The position numbers and the translations under genes are program-made. The notes below the pieces were generated by a model that was not told the DNA's origin, did not search any database, and saw nothing but the letters and a program-made list of their open reading frames with translations. Positions 1 to 12,924 of a stretch of DNA of 64,000 nt are shown piece by piece; position 1 is the first letter of the stretch; each line of letters starts with the position of its first letter. The DNA is from Eledone cirrhosa (Eukaryota). The stretch lies in contig OZ024742.1 in the NCBI GenBank assembly GCA_964016885.1, positions 329,344,001 to 329,408,000 on the forward strand. Reading direction: 5' to 3'.

Positions 1-260
1 GTTCTGGTATTTAAATAGCCGAACTTGTCAAGGGGCAATTCCATATATGGTCAAAGAGATAATCACCAGGATTGGTCATCCCACAAGGTAGTAGTAATTC
101 TGGTGGTGGTCTCTGTAGTATTCCGACCCCCACCCACTCTGTTGACCAGTCACCGTACGATATACGCACTTATACCCCGCATAAGGGTCCCTTTATCTCC
201 GTCACACCTAGGGTTTTTTTTGTATCATTATCATTTGTTTTCTTATTCTTTTTATTCTAC

Positions 261-302
<42 letters not shown>

Positions 303-349
303 TTTTAAATCTATCTATCCATCCTTTTACTCACTTATTTGTTTATTTA

Positions 350-868
350 CTCACTTATGTATTTCTTGTGGAATATTATTTACGTATTTCTTATTTACTT
401 ATGTGCAATATTACTTATGTATTTCTTATTTACTTATGTGGAATATTATTTATGTATTTCTTATTTACTTATGTGGAATATTCTTTATGTATTTCTTATT
501 TACTTATGTGGAATATTCTTTATGTATTTCTTATTTACTTATGTGGAATATTACTTATGTATTTCTTATTTACTTATGTGGAATATTCTTTATGTATTTC
601 TTATTTACTTATGTGGAATATTCTTTATGTATTTCTTATTTACTTATGTGGAATATTACTTATGTATTTCTTATTTACTTATGTGGAATATTATTTATGT
701 ATTTCTTATTTACTTATGTGGAATATTACTTATGTATTTCTTATTTACTTATGTGGAATATTCTTTATGTATTTCTTATTTACTTATGTGGAATATTATT
801 TTTGTATTTCTTCTTTACTTATGTGGAATATTATTTATGTATTTCTTATTTACTTATTTATGTATTTC
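350..868. repeat. 35-bp minisatellite (~14 copies)
   Basis: Unit tacttatgtggaatattctttatgtatttcttatt is repeated in tandem; it explains the three overlapping repetitive ORFs. Confidence 0.95.
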
Positions 869-1201
869 CTCAGCCTAGCAATAGCGAGAGAATTAAGTCT
901 TAGTAACCAGATCCCGCTTATATTTATTTTCTCTCTCAGTACCTTTTACAGTTTTACATTTTCATCGTTCTACTTACCGTATTGACCTCCTCCCCCTCCC
1001 CCTCCCCTGCCTCCTCTTTGATCTCACACCCAGCTGTAGCTGGCACCACCAACGCATGAATGGGCCTACTCCGCCCCCTCTCCCCTTTTCTCCTACTGGC
1101 AGGTTTGGCTACCTCCCCCACCAACTTGCCATCGCAGAATTACTACTACCTTGTGGGATGACCAATCCTGGTAATTATCTCTTTGATCATATATGGAATT
1201 G

Positions 1202-1294
1202 CCCCTTGACAAGTTCGGCTATTTAAATACCAGAACTGATTTTTCATTCAGTACAGAATTAGCCGTCGAAACGGCTTGAGCTCAGCCGTCGGGG
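1202..1294 (+). ncRNA. Type I hammerhead ribozyme, U3:A8 core variant, extended stems II and III
   Basis: Stem I cccc/gggg; core TTGACAA (1206-1212); stem II cggcta/tagccg; GAAA (1268-1271); stem III acggct/agccgt; GUC cleavage triplet ending at 1290. Confidence 0.75.
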
Positions 1295-1386
1295 TCTTAC
1301 TTACTCCTATTACCCACTCTACTACCCTAAGTATTGAGTACTTTGGTGCGTTATGGTCCACCTGGTTCCTTACCACTTTTCCCTCG

Positions 1387-1427
<41 letters not shown>

Positions 1428-1431
<4 letters not shown>

Positions 1432-3082
1432 ATGATATTAAATAAGTGGAAACTATATTTATAAAACCATATTTATTTTATTATGTATATTTCAAGGGCA
1501 ACCAAACAACATTGGTGCGCTTTCATCAGATAAAATACAAAGTTTGTTTTATAAATAGAGACGTACCCATGAAAGTTCTACCTTATCGGTTGGAAATTCA
1601 CTGGATAGTGGAAACATATTAGTGATTATTCAAACTTATGTGTGAATATGCAAATGAATGTGTAAATAATTGAAAAACCGTTTATATAAATGACACTGGG
1701 GAAACATAGGGAAGAAACAGAGAGATAAAAGATATTAATATTACGAGATAGATAGAAAGAAGAAATTTACAAGAGGATGAATAGAAGTCTTGTAACGTAA
1801 ATATGGGGGAATAAATTTTAAGTGTATATCTACTAATGGTACGTATATTTACTATTATTTAGTTGTTAGAATTCTTTTTAATATAACTGTTTATACTTTT
1901 TGGCACAAGGTCAGCAATTACCCAGTACATTACAGGTACTTTATTTTATCGACCCCGTAAGGATGAAAGGCAAACTTAACCTCGGCGGGATTCTTTTTAA
2001 TATAATGTTTTCTGTTATAAGTAGATAGAAAAATAAATAGATCTATATAGAAAAGTAAATATATATAGAAATTAGATAGAGAAATATATGGAAACATAAA
2101 TAGTTAGAAAAAAGATGGAAAAATAGATAGATATAAAAATAAGTAGAACAATAAATAGAAAAATAAATAGTAAAATAAATAGAAAATAAATAGTAAAATA
2201 AATAGAAAAATCAAAAAAAAATCAATAAATAGATAAAAATATAAATAGATAGATAAATGGATATATGGGTATATCGTGTTATAGATAATTGTTTTAATGA
2301 GTTATGAGGGATATTGGTTTATATTTAATGTAAGTAACAAAGTTAACTGAGTTAATAAAAATGTTTAAATTTATATATTTTAAATTGGGAAGATACGGAA
2401 AAAAACTCCAGTTTTGTTTATTTATTAGTTAGTATGAGACCATTTTATCAAAATAAGTTTCAATGTTAAAGATATAAATGTTGAAAAACATATTTAGCCT
2501 GAATTAGTTAGTGGTTATAAATCTAATAAAAGATATTAAACAATTTTTTTATTAAAAATATTTAAAAATATTAAAAATTCGTGAAAATTAAAAAACATTT
2601 TTTTTATTTAAAAAATGTTATAATCATTTTTATAAAACAATTTATAAAAACTTTATAAAAACTTTTTTTTTATATTTTATAAGAGATAAGTAGATTAAAA
2701 AAAAGTAAATTTTAACATATATGAAAGATTTAAGAAGTAAAAAATGAAAAAATAAAAAATAAAGAATTAAAATACTTAAAAAATATTAAAATTGAATTTA
2801 ATATTAAAAATTAAAATTTAAAAATTTAGGATCATATTTGTATATAATTTAAAAAATTTTAAGAAGTGAAATTATAGCAAACAATATATTACAACAGAGA
2901 GGATAAGATTGTTATTGAAATAAGTAGAAATATTACAAGTACAATTATAATTTATAATTTATATATAGTTATAAACTTTGAATTTAGGCGATGTTTACAA
3001 GAACTAAATAAATTCATTCGTACATTAATAGATTTCCTCAACACACAATTTGCAAAACCCAGATAAAACTGTGTTTACGTAG
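1428..3082 (-). repeat. Duplicated segment: copy of 5833-7486 and reverse complement of 14712-16368 (PLE1 3' end, pLTR, HHR at 1474-1537)
   Basis: Near-identical sequence, including the nested SINE fragment; it ends abruptly at tacgtag|ccaaataa. Confidence 0.95.
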
Positions 3083-4367
3083 CCAAATAACTCTGACATC
3101 ACGATAGGCTCTAGCGACTCAGCACATGTAACGGACCTGGTTTGGGCTTTTCATTCTGAAGCAGATAAAAGATGAAATCCCCTGCCTGGGCGGCGGATTA
3201 TATCGTGACGATGTTCTCTTCACAGTATATGACCACAGCACCAATATGTTGGAAGGTATGAGGAGGCGTATTCGCCATTTCTTTAAGAACTAAGGGCACA
3301 ATATAGAACTAGACCCAAATAGAAAGGTAGTTAACTTACTAGACACCACCCTAAACCTGAACACCGAACAATACTATCACTACCACAAGCCCAACGAGAA
3401 ACTCGTGTATGTTAACGCCAAGTCAAACCAACCTAGATTCATAACCAAGGCCGTGGTGAACGAGTGTCTCGGACAGAATCTCCAGCCTGTCTGCAAGTAA
3501 GGAAATCTTCGATAACAACGCGGAATATTACAACGCAGCTCTAAATAAGGCGGCACATGACCAAAATATAACATATAGTCCGAATCGCCTGGATGGGGAT
3601 GGCCCAACGGACAACCACACCCGCGTTGTGAGAGGGGGTGCTAACAAAACAGGCAGAACTGAAACAAATAGGCACCATGAGCTCGACACCACCACACGGG
3701 CGTTGATGACGAGTACGCTTAAACATGAGATGAAACCCAATATGAGTAGCAGTCTCAGGGGTGATACTAACCACTCCAAGCCCGACGACGCCAACCGCAG
3801 GACACGTTGGGGGGAGGTCACCGGGGGACCACCCCACGGTAGATCTCCCAGCGCGGGCAACGACCATCCCACAGATTCGGGCCTTGAAGATAGCAACACG
3901 CATAGCGCCCAAAGGGGAAGCAACAATGCGGGAACCACCAGCAACCCAACAAATCTCCGACAACTCACGACGCCCCCGAGCCACATATATTGGAGGAGAC
4001 ACAGAAAAATCACGTGGTAAAACCCACCCTACTCAGCGGTCGTAAAGAACATCTTGGCCCGATCATTCTTTGGAGCAGTTGATAAATGCTTCTCGAGGGA
4101 CCATAGATACCACAAGATCTTCAACAGACACACTGGGAAGCTCTCGTATTCCACCACGAGAAATCTGGCCCAACACATAGCTAGCATCAACAGGAGTAGG
4201 CTTAAACCACACACAACCAGGAGATGGCAATACAAGCACTCAGCAGAACCATATCAAAGGAGAGAAGGGAGCACCCAGTGCCCAACCAAGAAACCACCCC
4301 CCACCCCCACCCCACCGTGCCTGGGAGAAGACCACCATGTAACACCTAACGGGAACCCCAATCTAGT
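3083..4367 (+). pseudogene. Naiad-type PLE2 reverse transcriptase fragment (derived copy, shorter at the 5' end)
   Basis: DITIGSSDSAHVTDLV, GGLYRDDVL, RKITW*NPP and IFNRHTGKLSYSTTRNLAQHI motifs; stops and frameshifts present. Confidence 0.85.
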
Positions 4368-5749
4368 CCCATAAAACCGGCTGCTATTTTTAGCGCACGA
4401 GTATTGGACGCGCTAGATGCTGCTACACATGTGCGTTCAACAACACATTTCTCTCAGTCTTCTTAAGTATTTTGAAGGGAAACTTACCAATTTCTGGATA
4501 CCTGCAGAAGAGCACAGGAATAGGAAATTTCACTTAATTGTTGCGAAACAAATTTAAAATTTAAAACTTAAAATTTGTCCACGTATCTCGGCTGTTGCCA
4601 ATATAGGTTTGTTTTTATTGATTTATTATTTTAAATCGAGACAGACAAACCGTATTATTTTAATTAGTATTTTTCAATCTAGCTAACTTGGTCATTTGCA
4701 ATGAAAACAATGTATACTTGTATCAGTGTTTATCCCTATGATATATTCATTTGTATTACACGGCTCAGAAATATTCCTTTCTTTGAGCTAGTTAATTGTA
4801 AAGGACTATTTGAGTTTATAACTCCATATATAATATTCGCGGCTCCATGCGTTGAGCTAATTTTTAGTCCCATAAAACCGGCTGCTATTTTTAGCGACAC
4901 GAGTATTGGACGGGCTAGACGCTGCGACACATGTGCGTTCAACAACACATTTCTCTCAGTCTTCTTAAGTATTTTGAAATGAAACTTACCAATTTCTGGA
5001 TACCTGCAGAAGAGCACAGGAATAGAAAATTTCACTTAATTGTTGCGAAACAAATTTAAAATTTAAAATTTGTCCTGGTATCACGGCTGTTGCCAAGATA
5101 GGTTTGTTTTTATTGATTTATTATTTTAAATCGAGAGAGGCAAACCGTATTATTTTAATTAGTATTTTTCAATCTAGCTAACTTGGTCATTTGCAATGCA
5201 AACACACGTATACTTGTATCAGTGTTTATCCCTATCATATATTCATTTGTATTACACGGCTCAGAAATATTCCTTTCTTTGAGCTATTTAATTGTAAAAG
5301 ACTATTTCAGTTCATAACTCCATATATAATATTCTCGGCTCCATGCATTGAGCTAATTTTTAGTCCCATAAAACCGGCTGCTATTTTTAGCGACACGAGT
5401 ATAGGACGCGCTAGACGCTGCGACACATGTGCGTCCAACAACACATTTCTCTCAGTCTTCTTAAGTATTTTGAAGTGAAACTTACAAATTTCTGGATACC
5501 TGCAGAAGAGCACAGGAATAGGTAATTTCACTTAATTGTTGCGAAACAAATTTAAAATTTAAAATTTAAAATTTGTCCAGGTACACGGCTGTTGCCAATA
5601 TAGGTTTGTTTTTATTGATTTATTATTTTAAATCGAGACAGGCAAACCGTATCATTTTAATTAGTATTTTTCAATCTAGCTAACTTGGTCATTTGCAATG
5701 CAAACACATGTATACTTGTATCAGTGTTTATCCCTATCATATATTCATT

Positions 5750-5752
<3 letters not shown>
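4365..5752 (+). mobile_element. ~500-bp non-coding tandem repeat (~2.8 units), one HHR-like motif per unit; retrozyme-like
   Basis: Units start at ~4365, ~4866 and ~5362 (agtcccataaaaccggctgc). HHR folds at 4497-4587, 4999-5082 and 5495-5584. The array ends at a TA tract. Confidence 0.8.
5495..5584 (+). ncRNA. Hammerhead-like motif with CAGAAGA core (also 4497-4587, 4999-5082; minus-strand mirrors ~16612-16701, 17114-17197, 17609-17699)
   Basis: Stem I tacctg/caggta; core CAGAAGA; stem II gca.../...tgc; GAAA; stem III acaaattt/aaatttgt; GUC triplet. Confidence 0.7.
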
Positions 5753-5832
<80 letters not shown>

Positions 5833-5835
<3 letters not shown>

Positions 5836-8800
5836 ATGATATTAAATAAGTGGAAACTATATTTATAAAACCATATTTATTTTATTATGTATATTTCAAG
5901 GGCAACCAAACAACATTGGTGCGCTTTCATCAGATAAAATACAAAGTTTGTTTTATAAATAGAGACGTACCCATGAAAGTTCTACCTTATCGGTTGGAAA
6001 TTCACTGGATAGTGGAAACATATTAGTGATTATTCAAACTTATGTGTGAATATGCAAATGAATGTGTAAATAATTGAAAAACCGTTTATATAAATGACAC
6101 TGGGGAAACATAGGGAAGAAACAGAGAGATAAAAGATATTAATATTACGAGATAGATAGAAAGAAGAAATTTACAAGAGGATGAATAGAAGTCTTGTAAC
6201 GTAAATATGGGGAAATACATTTTAAGTTTATATCTACTAATGGTACGTATATTTACTATTATTTAGTTGTTAGAATTCTTTTTAATATAACTGTTTATAC
6301 TTTTTGGCACAAGGTCAGCAATTACCCAGTACATTACAGGTACTTTATTTTATCGACCCCGTAAGGATGAAAGGCAAACTTAACCTCGGCGGGATTCTTT
6401 TTAATATAATGTTTTCTGTTATAAGTAGATAGAAAAATAAATAGATCTATATAGAAAAGTAAATATATATAGAAATTAGATAGAGAAATATATGGAAACA
6501 TAAATAGTTAGAAAAAAGATGGAAAAATAGATAGATATAAAAATAAGTAGAACAATAAATAGAAAAATAAATAGTAAAATAAATAGAAAATAAATAGTAA
6601 AATAAATAGAAAAATCAAAAAAAAATCAATAAATAGATAAAAATATAAATAGATAGATAAATGGATATATGGGTATATCGTGTTATAGATAATTGTTTTA
6701 ATGAGTTATGAGGGATATTGGTTTATATTTAATGTAAGTAACAAAGTTAACTGAGTTAATAAAAATGTTTAAATTTATATATTTTAAATTGGGAAGATAC
6801 GGAAAAAAACTCCAGTTTTGTTTATTTATTAGTTAGTATGAGACCATTTTATCAAAATAAGTTTCAATGTTAAAGATATAAATGTTGAAAAACATATTTA
6901 GCCTGAATTAGTTAGTGGTTATAAATCTAATAAAAGATATTAAACAATTTTTTTATTAAAAATATTTAAAAATATTAAAAATTCGTGAAAATTAAAAAAC
7001 ATTTTTTTTATTTAAAAAATGTTATAATCATTTTTATAAAACAATTTATAAAAACTTTATAAAAACTTTTTTTTTATATTTTATAAGAGATAAGTAGATT
7101 AAAAAAAAGTAAATTTTAACATATATGAAAGATTTAAGAAGTAAAAAATGAAAAAATAAAAAATAAAGAATTAAAATACTTAAAAAATATTAAAATTGAA
7201 TTTAATATTAAAAATTAAAATTTAAAAATTTAGGATCATATTTGTATATAATTTAAAAAATTTTAAGAAGTGAAATTATAGCAAACAATATATTACAACA
7301 GAGAGGATAAGATTGTTATTGAAATAAGTAGAAATATTACAAGTACAATTATAATTTATAATTTATATATAGTTATAAACTTTGAATTTAGGCGATGTTT
7401 ACAAGAACTAAATAAATTCATTCGTACATTAATAGATTTCCTCAACACACAATTTGCAAAACCCAGATAAAACTGTGTTTACGTAGGCATGTGTTTCTGA
7501 AATGATTTCCCAAGTTAAAGAATAGTCCATACTTTTGGATTTTAAGTTCCATATCAGGTTTGATAGAGAAGTTGAATATTTGTTATCAAGTTTATTGAAC
7601 GAGCATTTGTGATTATTCCAACGAGTTTTAAAGTCTGTTGAAGTTGAACCTACACAATTAAATATATTATCACTGGTTTTGACTGTGCATTTATAGACCA
7701 CTTCCTTATCTAAGCACTTATTTTTTAAAGGACAGTTTGATTTAATTCTACAGTTACATTTAGCGGAGTTGATGTTATTCGGAACGGTACTATTATGTTG
7801 GATACTGCTAGAGATATTACTGCTATTTTTGTTATGGTTTCAATTTCTATTATTGATTCTATTTATATGTTGTGCTATGTTCATAGTAGTAGAGTAAGAT
7901 AGTTTTATTGTATGTCTGTTAAAGATTGAGTTGTATCTATAGGCTTTAGGAAAACATGTATCTAGCGCTTTAAAGAATAGCTTAGCTAAAGGTGTTTTAA
8001 CGCTTAATGAAAATGGAGGTGAATACCAAATCATATTTCTAGTTCTATTTCTACTGTTAGTTTAAGTTAGGTTTTTTTATTGTAATTATAATTAATGGTA
8101 GGGTTATTTGCCTTATCACTGTTGTCAATGTATTTAATCTTATTTATATAGCCTGCTCTTTTTCTTATCGTCAAAAATGTTTTTATTAGCGGAGGATCGT
8201 GAAATACGTTGTTGGATAGAATTTACAATAGTGTTCTTGATAGATCTAGGATGATTAGAGTTGACGCTTACATAGTTTAGATTCTCATTAATTTTATGGA
8301 ATGGATAGTAGAGCCCTGTGTTAAGGTTTAATGTTACGTCTAAAAAGTTAACAATGTTATAGTTATTCTCTATTTCTAACTTAAGATTGTAGCTATTCAA
8401 AAATTGTATTATTGATTTTCTTTTTCTATTAATTTCACAATTACTATGATTTTCAATTAAAAGCAGGATATCATCACGATATAAACCACCGGTCATCTCT
8501 GGTATTTTTCTATGTAGTGTATTATTAATAAATAGCCCCACACGATCCGTTATTTGCGCCGAGTCCGATGTACCCATGGTGATATCAAAATTATTTTTTC
8601 TATCAGCCCCAGTCCAGAGATGATTGTGGAATACAATTAAAGTTTTCCATTAAAATGATATGCATTTCTTCTATATATCTATTTATTTTTCTATCTACTT
8701 ATAACAGTAAACATTATATTAAAAATAATTCTAACAACTACATAATAGTAAATATAGGTACCATTAGTAGATATAAACTTAAAATTTATTCCCCCATATT

Positions 8801-9273
8801 TACGTTGCATGAGTTCTATTCATCTTCTTGTAAATTTATTCTCTCTATCTATCACGCAATATTAATATCTTTTCTCTCTCTTTTTTTCTCTCTCTCTTTC
8901 TTCCCTATCTTTCGCCAGTGTCATTTAAATAAACGGTTGTTTTTTCAATTATTTGCACATTCATTTGCATATTCACACATAAGTTTCAATAATTACTAAT
9001 ATGTTTCCACTATCCAGTGAATTTCCAACCGAAAAGGTAGAATTTTCATGGGTACGTCTCTATTTATAAAACCAACTTTGTATTTTATCTGATGAAAGAG
9101 CACCAATGTTGTCTTGGTTGCCCTTGAAATATATATAATAAAATAAATATGGTTTTATAAATATAATTTCAATTTATTTAATATCATGGAATATTTACTC
9201 CAGTAAGCTGTTGAGTGTTCTAAATCAGTTATAAACATTTATGTTTGTCAGACTTCCAACAAATTAAATACAA

Positions 9274-9276
<3 letters not shown>
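5833..9276 (-). mobile_element. Naiad-type PLE1, mirror copy of 12922-16368
   Basis: RT and GIY-YIG pieces at 7429-8577 on the minus strand. pLTRs are in inverted arrangement, with HHRs at 5878-5941 (-) and 9081-9145 (+). Confidence 0.9.
9081..9145 (+). ncRNA. Minimal type I hammerhead ribozyme in the PLE1 pLTR (also 13053-13117 -, 16257-16320 +, 1474-1537 -, 5878-5941 -)
   Basis: tattttat CTGATGA aagagcacca..tggttgccctt GAAA tatata TA ataaaata; stem III is palindromic. Confidence 0.85.
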
Positions 9277-9318
<42 letters not shown>

Positions 9319-10042
9319 GGGAGTTTTGCGTCTGTGTGAGTATGGAGGTTCGTACGTATGGTGGGTGCGTGTATATGTGTATTTCTTGTTTTAGTTGACT
9401 TACGTCTCCGAACATTCGTGTATTCATATGTAGGTATGTGTGTGCGCTTGTTATATACGTATGTATTTATTCATATACGTTTATATAATTATTTATTTGT
9501 GTACACGCATACACACACACACACATATTTATTTGTTCGTGGTTTTGTAAACCTATGGTAAGTATTTGCGTATGCTTGTGTATGTACGTATTTGTTTGCG
9601 TGTATGTATTTATTTATTTCTATTACTTCTGTATTGTATTTATTTACTTTGTTCTTAACTCTGTAGCGGAGATTCATTTGGCCTTCTAGTTAGAATTTTA
9701 GTCTACGACTTCTTCTATACCATTTACGTGGTTTTGTCTTTGCGTGCTATTGTTCTCCACGCTCCACATTGACGTATTATCTTCGTTTTTTCGTTCATTG
9801 CCAGAGAATGTCTCTATGCACCACCTAAGAGAACATTAGTCTACGACCTCTTTAATACCATAAACGTGGTTCTGTTTTTGCGCGTAATTGCTTTTCACCG
9901 CTCCTATTAATGACGTATTATTCGTTTTTTCCCGTTCTTTGCCAGCGAACGTTTCCACGAACCAAAGTATCATCTTCCTGTCTTCCTCCGGTTGCAACGT
10001 TTTTTGAAATATCCAGTTCTGCGTTTACAGATTGACTTTGTT

Positions 10043-10093
10043 AGTTTCAGAAGATCCCGTTAAGGGTGAAAGCGGCGATTCTTTGCTTAAACT
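10043..10093 (+). ncRNA. Hammerhead-like motif with CAGAAGA core in the PLE3 pLTR (also ~11688-11738 -, 21479-21529 +, 23116-23166 -, 24705-24755 +, 26191-26241 +)
   Basis: agttt CAGAAGA tccc gttaa gggt GAAA gc(a)...tgc TT aaact; it lies near the pLTR end, where the other PLEs have their HHR. Confidence 0.65.
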
Positions 10094-10109
10094 TTAATCT
10101 GTTATTTTA

Positions 10110-10156
<47 letters not shown>

Positions 10157-10161
<5 letters not shown>

Positions 10162-11648
10162 GACGTAAAATAAGAAAATTTTAAAAGTTAAATATTTACT
10201 TACTTACTAAAATGTTCACTCCAACTAATTAGTTTCTGTAATGGGATAAATATAGTTACACAATGTAACTATCCAGAATTCATTACGTCATCAAGGAGTC
10301 TATTCTCAGCTAAGTTCCCAGGCAATGCGCGGACACTAGGAACCCATATAAAAATAATAATTCAGTGGATGTAATAAGCTAGTGGGGACTAAATTCCATA
10401 GCACTGAAAATGTTCACTGCCTCTGGTCAGTGGTGGATTCTAAAGAATCAATCACGTGACACTGAGGTTAGTCAGTTAGGAGTGGGGTGATATTATGACA
10501 AGAGCCTACTACTACTACTATGAATTGGCAGTAGATTTGGCAAGTTTGCTCAACAAATAATTTGGAGATAAATATAGAGAATTAATACATCTACCAATGT
10601 ATGCGTACAGATGTACACTAATACTAGTAAATATATAAGTTATGACAAAGTACCTAGGTGGTTCAATACAGGAGGATGCAGAACAATTATATGAAAGACG
10701 TAAAATAAGAAAATCTTAAAAATTAAAAATTAACTTACTGACTAAAATTTTCACTCCAACTATTTAGTTTCTGTAATTGGATAAATATAGTTACACAATG
10801 TAACTATCGAGAATTCATTACGTCTTCGGGGAGTCTATTCTCAGCTAAGTTCCCAAAATTATTATTTTTATATGGGTTCCTAGTGTCCGCGCATTACCTG
10901 GGAACTTAGCTGAGAATAGACTTCCTGATGACGTAATGAATTCTCGATAGTTACATTGTGTAACTATATTTATCAATTACAGAAACTAATTAGTTGGAGT
11001 GAAAATGTTAGTAAGTTAATTTTTAATTTTTAAATTTTTCTTATTTTACGTCTTTCATATAAATGTTCTGCATCCCCCTGCATTGAACCACCTAGGTACT
11101 TTGACATAACTTATATATTTACTAGTATTAGTGTACATCTGTACGCATACATTGGTAGATGTATTAATTATCTATATTTATCTCCAAATTATTTGTTGAG
11201 CAAACTTGCCAAATCTACTGCCAATTCATAGTAGTAGTAGCAGGCTCTTGTCATAATACCACCCCACTCCTAACTGATAACCTCAGTGTCACGTGATTGA
11301 TTCTTTAGAATCCACCACTGACCAGAGGCAGTGAACTTTTTCAATGCTATGGAATTTAGTCCCCGCTAGCTTATTACATCCACTGAATTATTATTTTTAT
11401 ATGGGTTCCTAGTGTCCGCGCATTGCATGGGAACTTAGCTCAGAATAGACTCCTTGATGGCGTAATGAATTCTGGATAGTTACATTGTGTAACTATATTT
11501 ATCCCATTACAGAAAGTAATTAGTTGGAGTGAAAATTTTAGTAAGTTAATTTTTAATTTTTAAAATTTTCTTATTTTACGTCTTTCATATAATTGTTCGG
11601 CATCCCCCTGCATTGAACCACCTAGGTACTTTGACATAACTTATATAT
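10157..11648. mobile_element. ~530-bp non-coding HHR-bearing unit in tandem, as two oppositely oriented arrays (centre ~10857); mirror at ~21570-23060
   Basis: Period 10920->11450. HHR folds at 10920-11000 (+), ~11450-11530 (+), ~10218-10299 (-) and ~10753-10834 (-). Confidence 0.8.
10920..11000 (+). ncRNA. Type I hammerhead ribozyme with long stem II and palindromic stem III (mirror 22217-22297 -)
   Basis: acttc CTGATGA cgtaat...atagttaca/tgtaactat...attaca GAAA ctaattag TT ggagt; ACTAATTAGT is a palindrome. Confidence 0.75.
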
Positions 11649-11808
11649 AAGTACTCTAGCGCAAATATTTATTAAAATAATAGATTAAATTTAAGCAAAG
11701 AATCACTGCTTTCACCCTTAACTGGATCTTCTGAAACTAAAAATGTCAATCTGGAACGCAGAAGTAAGTATTTAAGTATTTCGAAAACGTTGCCGCCGGA
11801 GGAAAACA

Positions 11809-11891
<83 letters not shown>

Positions 11892-12852
11892 AGAGATGCT
11901 AAAACATTGGTTGTTTAGTTTGTATTGTTGGTTGATATACGACAATGAGTTGTACGCATAGATTAGTGTGGCATAAATCGATCAGAACCACAAACATTAA
12001 ACAAACTAACATGGAATCCAACTGCTAATTTAGTTGTTTTCATTTGAGGTATAGTACGTGACAGAACCATGTAGCAATATGTATGTAGATATTAATATGT
12101 TGTTAAGACATGTTGGAATGTGTTAGTGTATGAGTACATACAGCGATGTGGCTTCCGAAATGAGTTCAGGTGCGTGAAGGAGTGAACGAGAGGGTGGAGG
12201 CGGAGATAATGGTTGAATTAAAACATCGCTTTAGAAATGGCGAAATCATGATTTAATGACAGGTCTTACAACATAGAAGGAATAGAGCGCTTTCAAACAG
12301 AGCGAACAAAGACAAGAGTGAATATGGTTTATTTGGCGGCTTAAGTACCTATAATTATCATCATAGCTGTTTCCGTTGAGCACGTTTTTGCTAATTTGTT
12401 TTGCATTTCGAATCCGCAAAATTCATCGGAATAATTTTGCTACAGATGTAACCCTCCCCCTATATATATACACATATATCTAATTACATAATGGCTATCT
12501 AACAGGATCATATCAATTACATAAGTGATAATATTAAAATGCGTATATTACCAACGACGTAATTAATAGTGATGAAAGAGTTCAGAATGCTGCCTTAGTC
12601 TTCATTATTATACAAACAATGTGTAGTACATAAACCTGACTAATTACATAACCGTCGGGAAACTGTACGACGTAGAGTGCTAAATGCTACGCACAGAAAT
12701 ATAAGCGATAAATATATACCGATTGACAAATGCAAACGGACTTAATGAATCGAAACTCTTGAAAGAGAAGCTTAGGCTGGAATGGTGAATGATGGGGGCC
12801 ATAATTTTTAGGACAGGCGCATACAGCACGAAAATTAAATACAACTTATATA

Positions 12853-12921
<69 letters not shown>

Positions 12922-12924
<3 letters not shown>

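Larger units (their letters stand above)
1..1387 (+). mobile_element. PLE 3' region/pseudo-LTR (pLTR) with partial inverted copy, ending in a (TA)n tract
   Basis: 1-102 is the reverse complement of ~1135-1236. An HHR lies at 1202-1294 and the element ends at the TA tract at 1388. No ORF is visible in the window. Confidence 0.6.
3082..9276. repeat. 6.2-kb inverted-repeat arm, reverse complement of 12922-19114
   Basis: Mirrored identical ORFs (coordinate sums 22196-22198); both ends checked by direct comparison. Confidence 0.97.
9315..12834. repeat. 3.5-kb inverted-repeat arm, reverse complement of 20389-23894
   Basis: Mirrored ORFs (sum 33209); both ends matched directly; a few substitutions and (GA)n/(TA)n length differences. 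Confidence 0.95.

Noticed and set aside
350-868. Regularly spaced 35-bp repeats resembling a CRISPR array, with long ORFs across them
   Set aside because: There are no unique spacers and no cas genes; it is a plain minisatellite and the ORFs are repeat translations.
3528-4045. Overlapping 94-161 aa ORFs in a GC-rich patch
   Set aside because: They lie inside the PLE2 ORF linker between the RT and the WxNPP motif and are alternative frames of a transposon.
4701-5531. 93-99 aa ORFs on both strands of the 500-bp repeat unit
   Set aside because: No recognisable motif, inconsistent starts and lengths between units; they recur only because the DNA is repeated.
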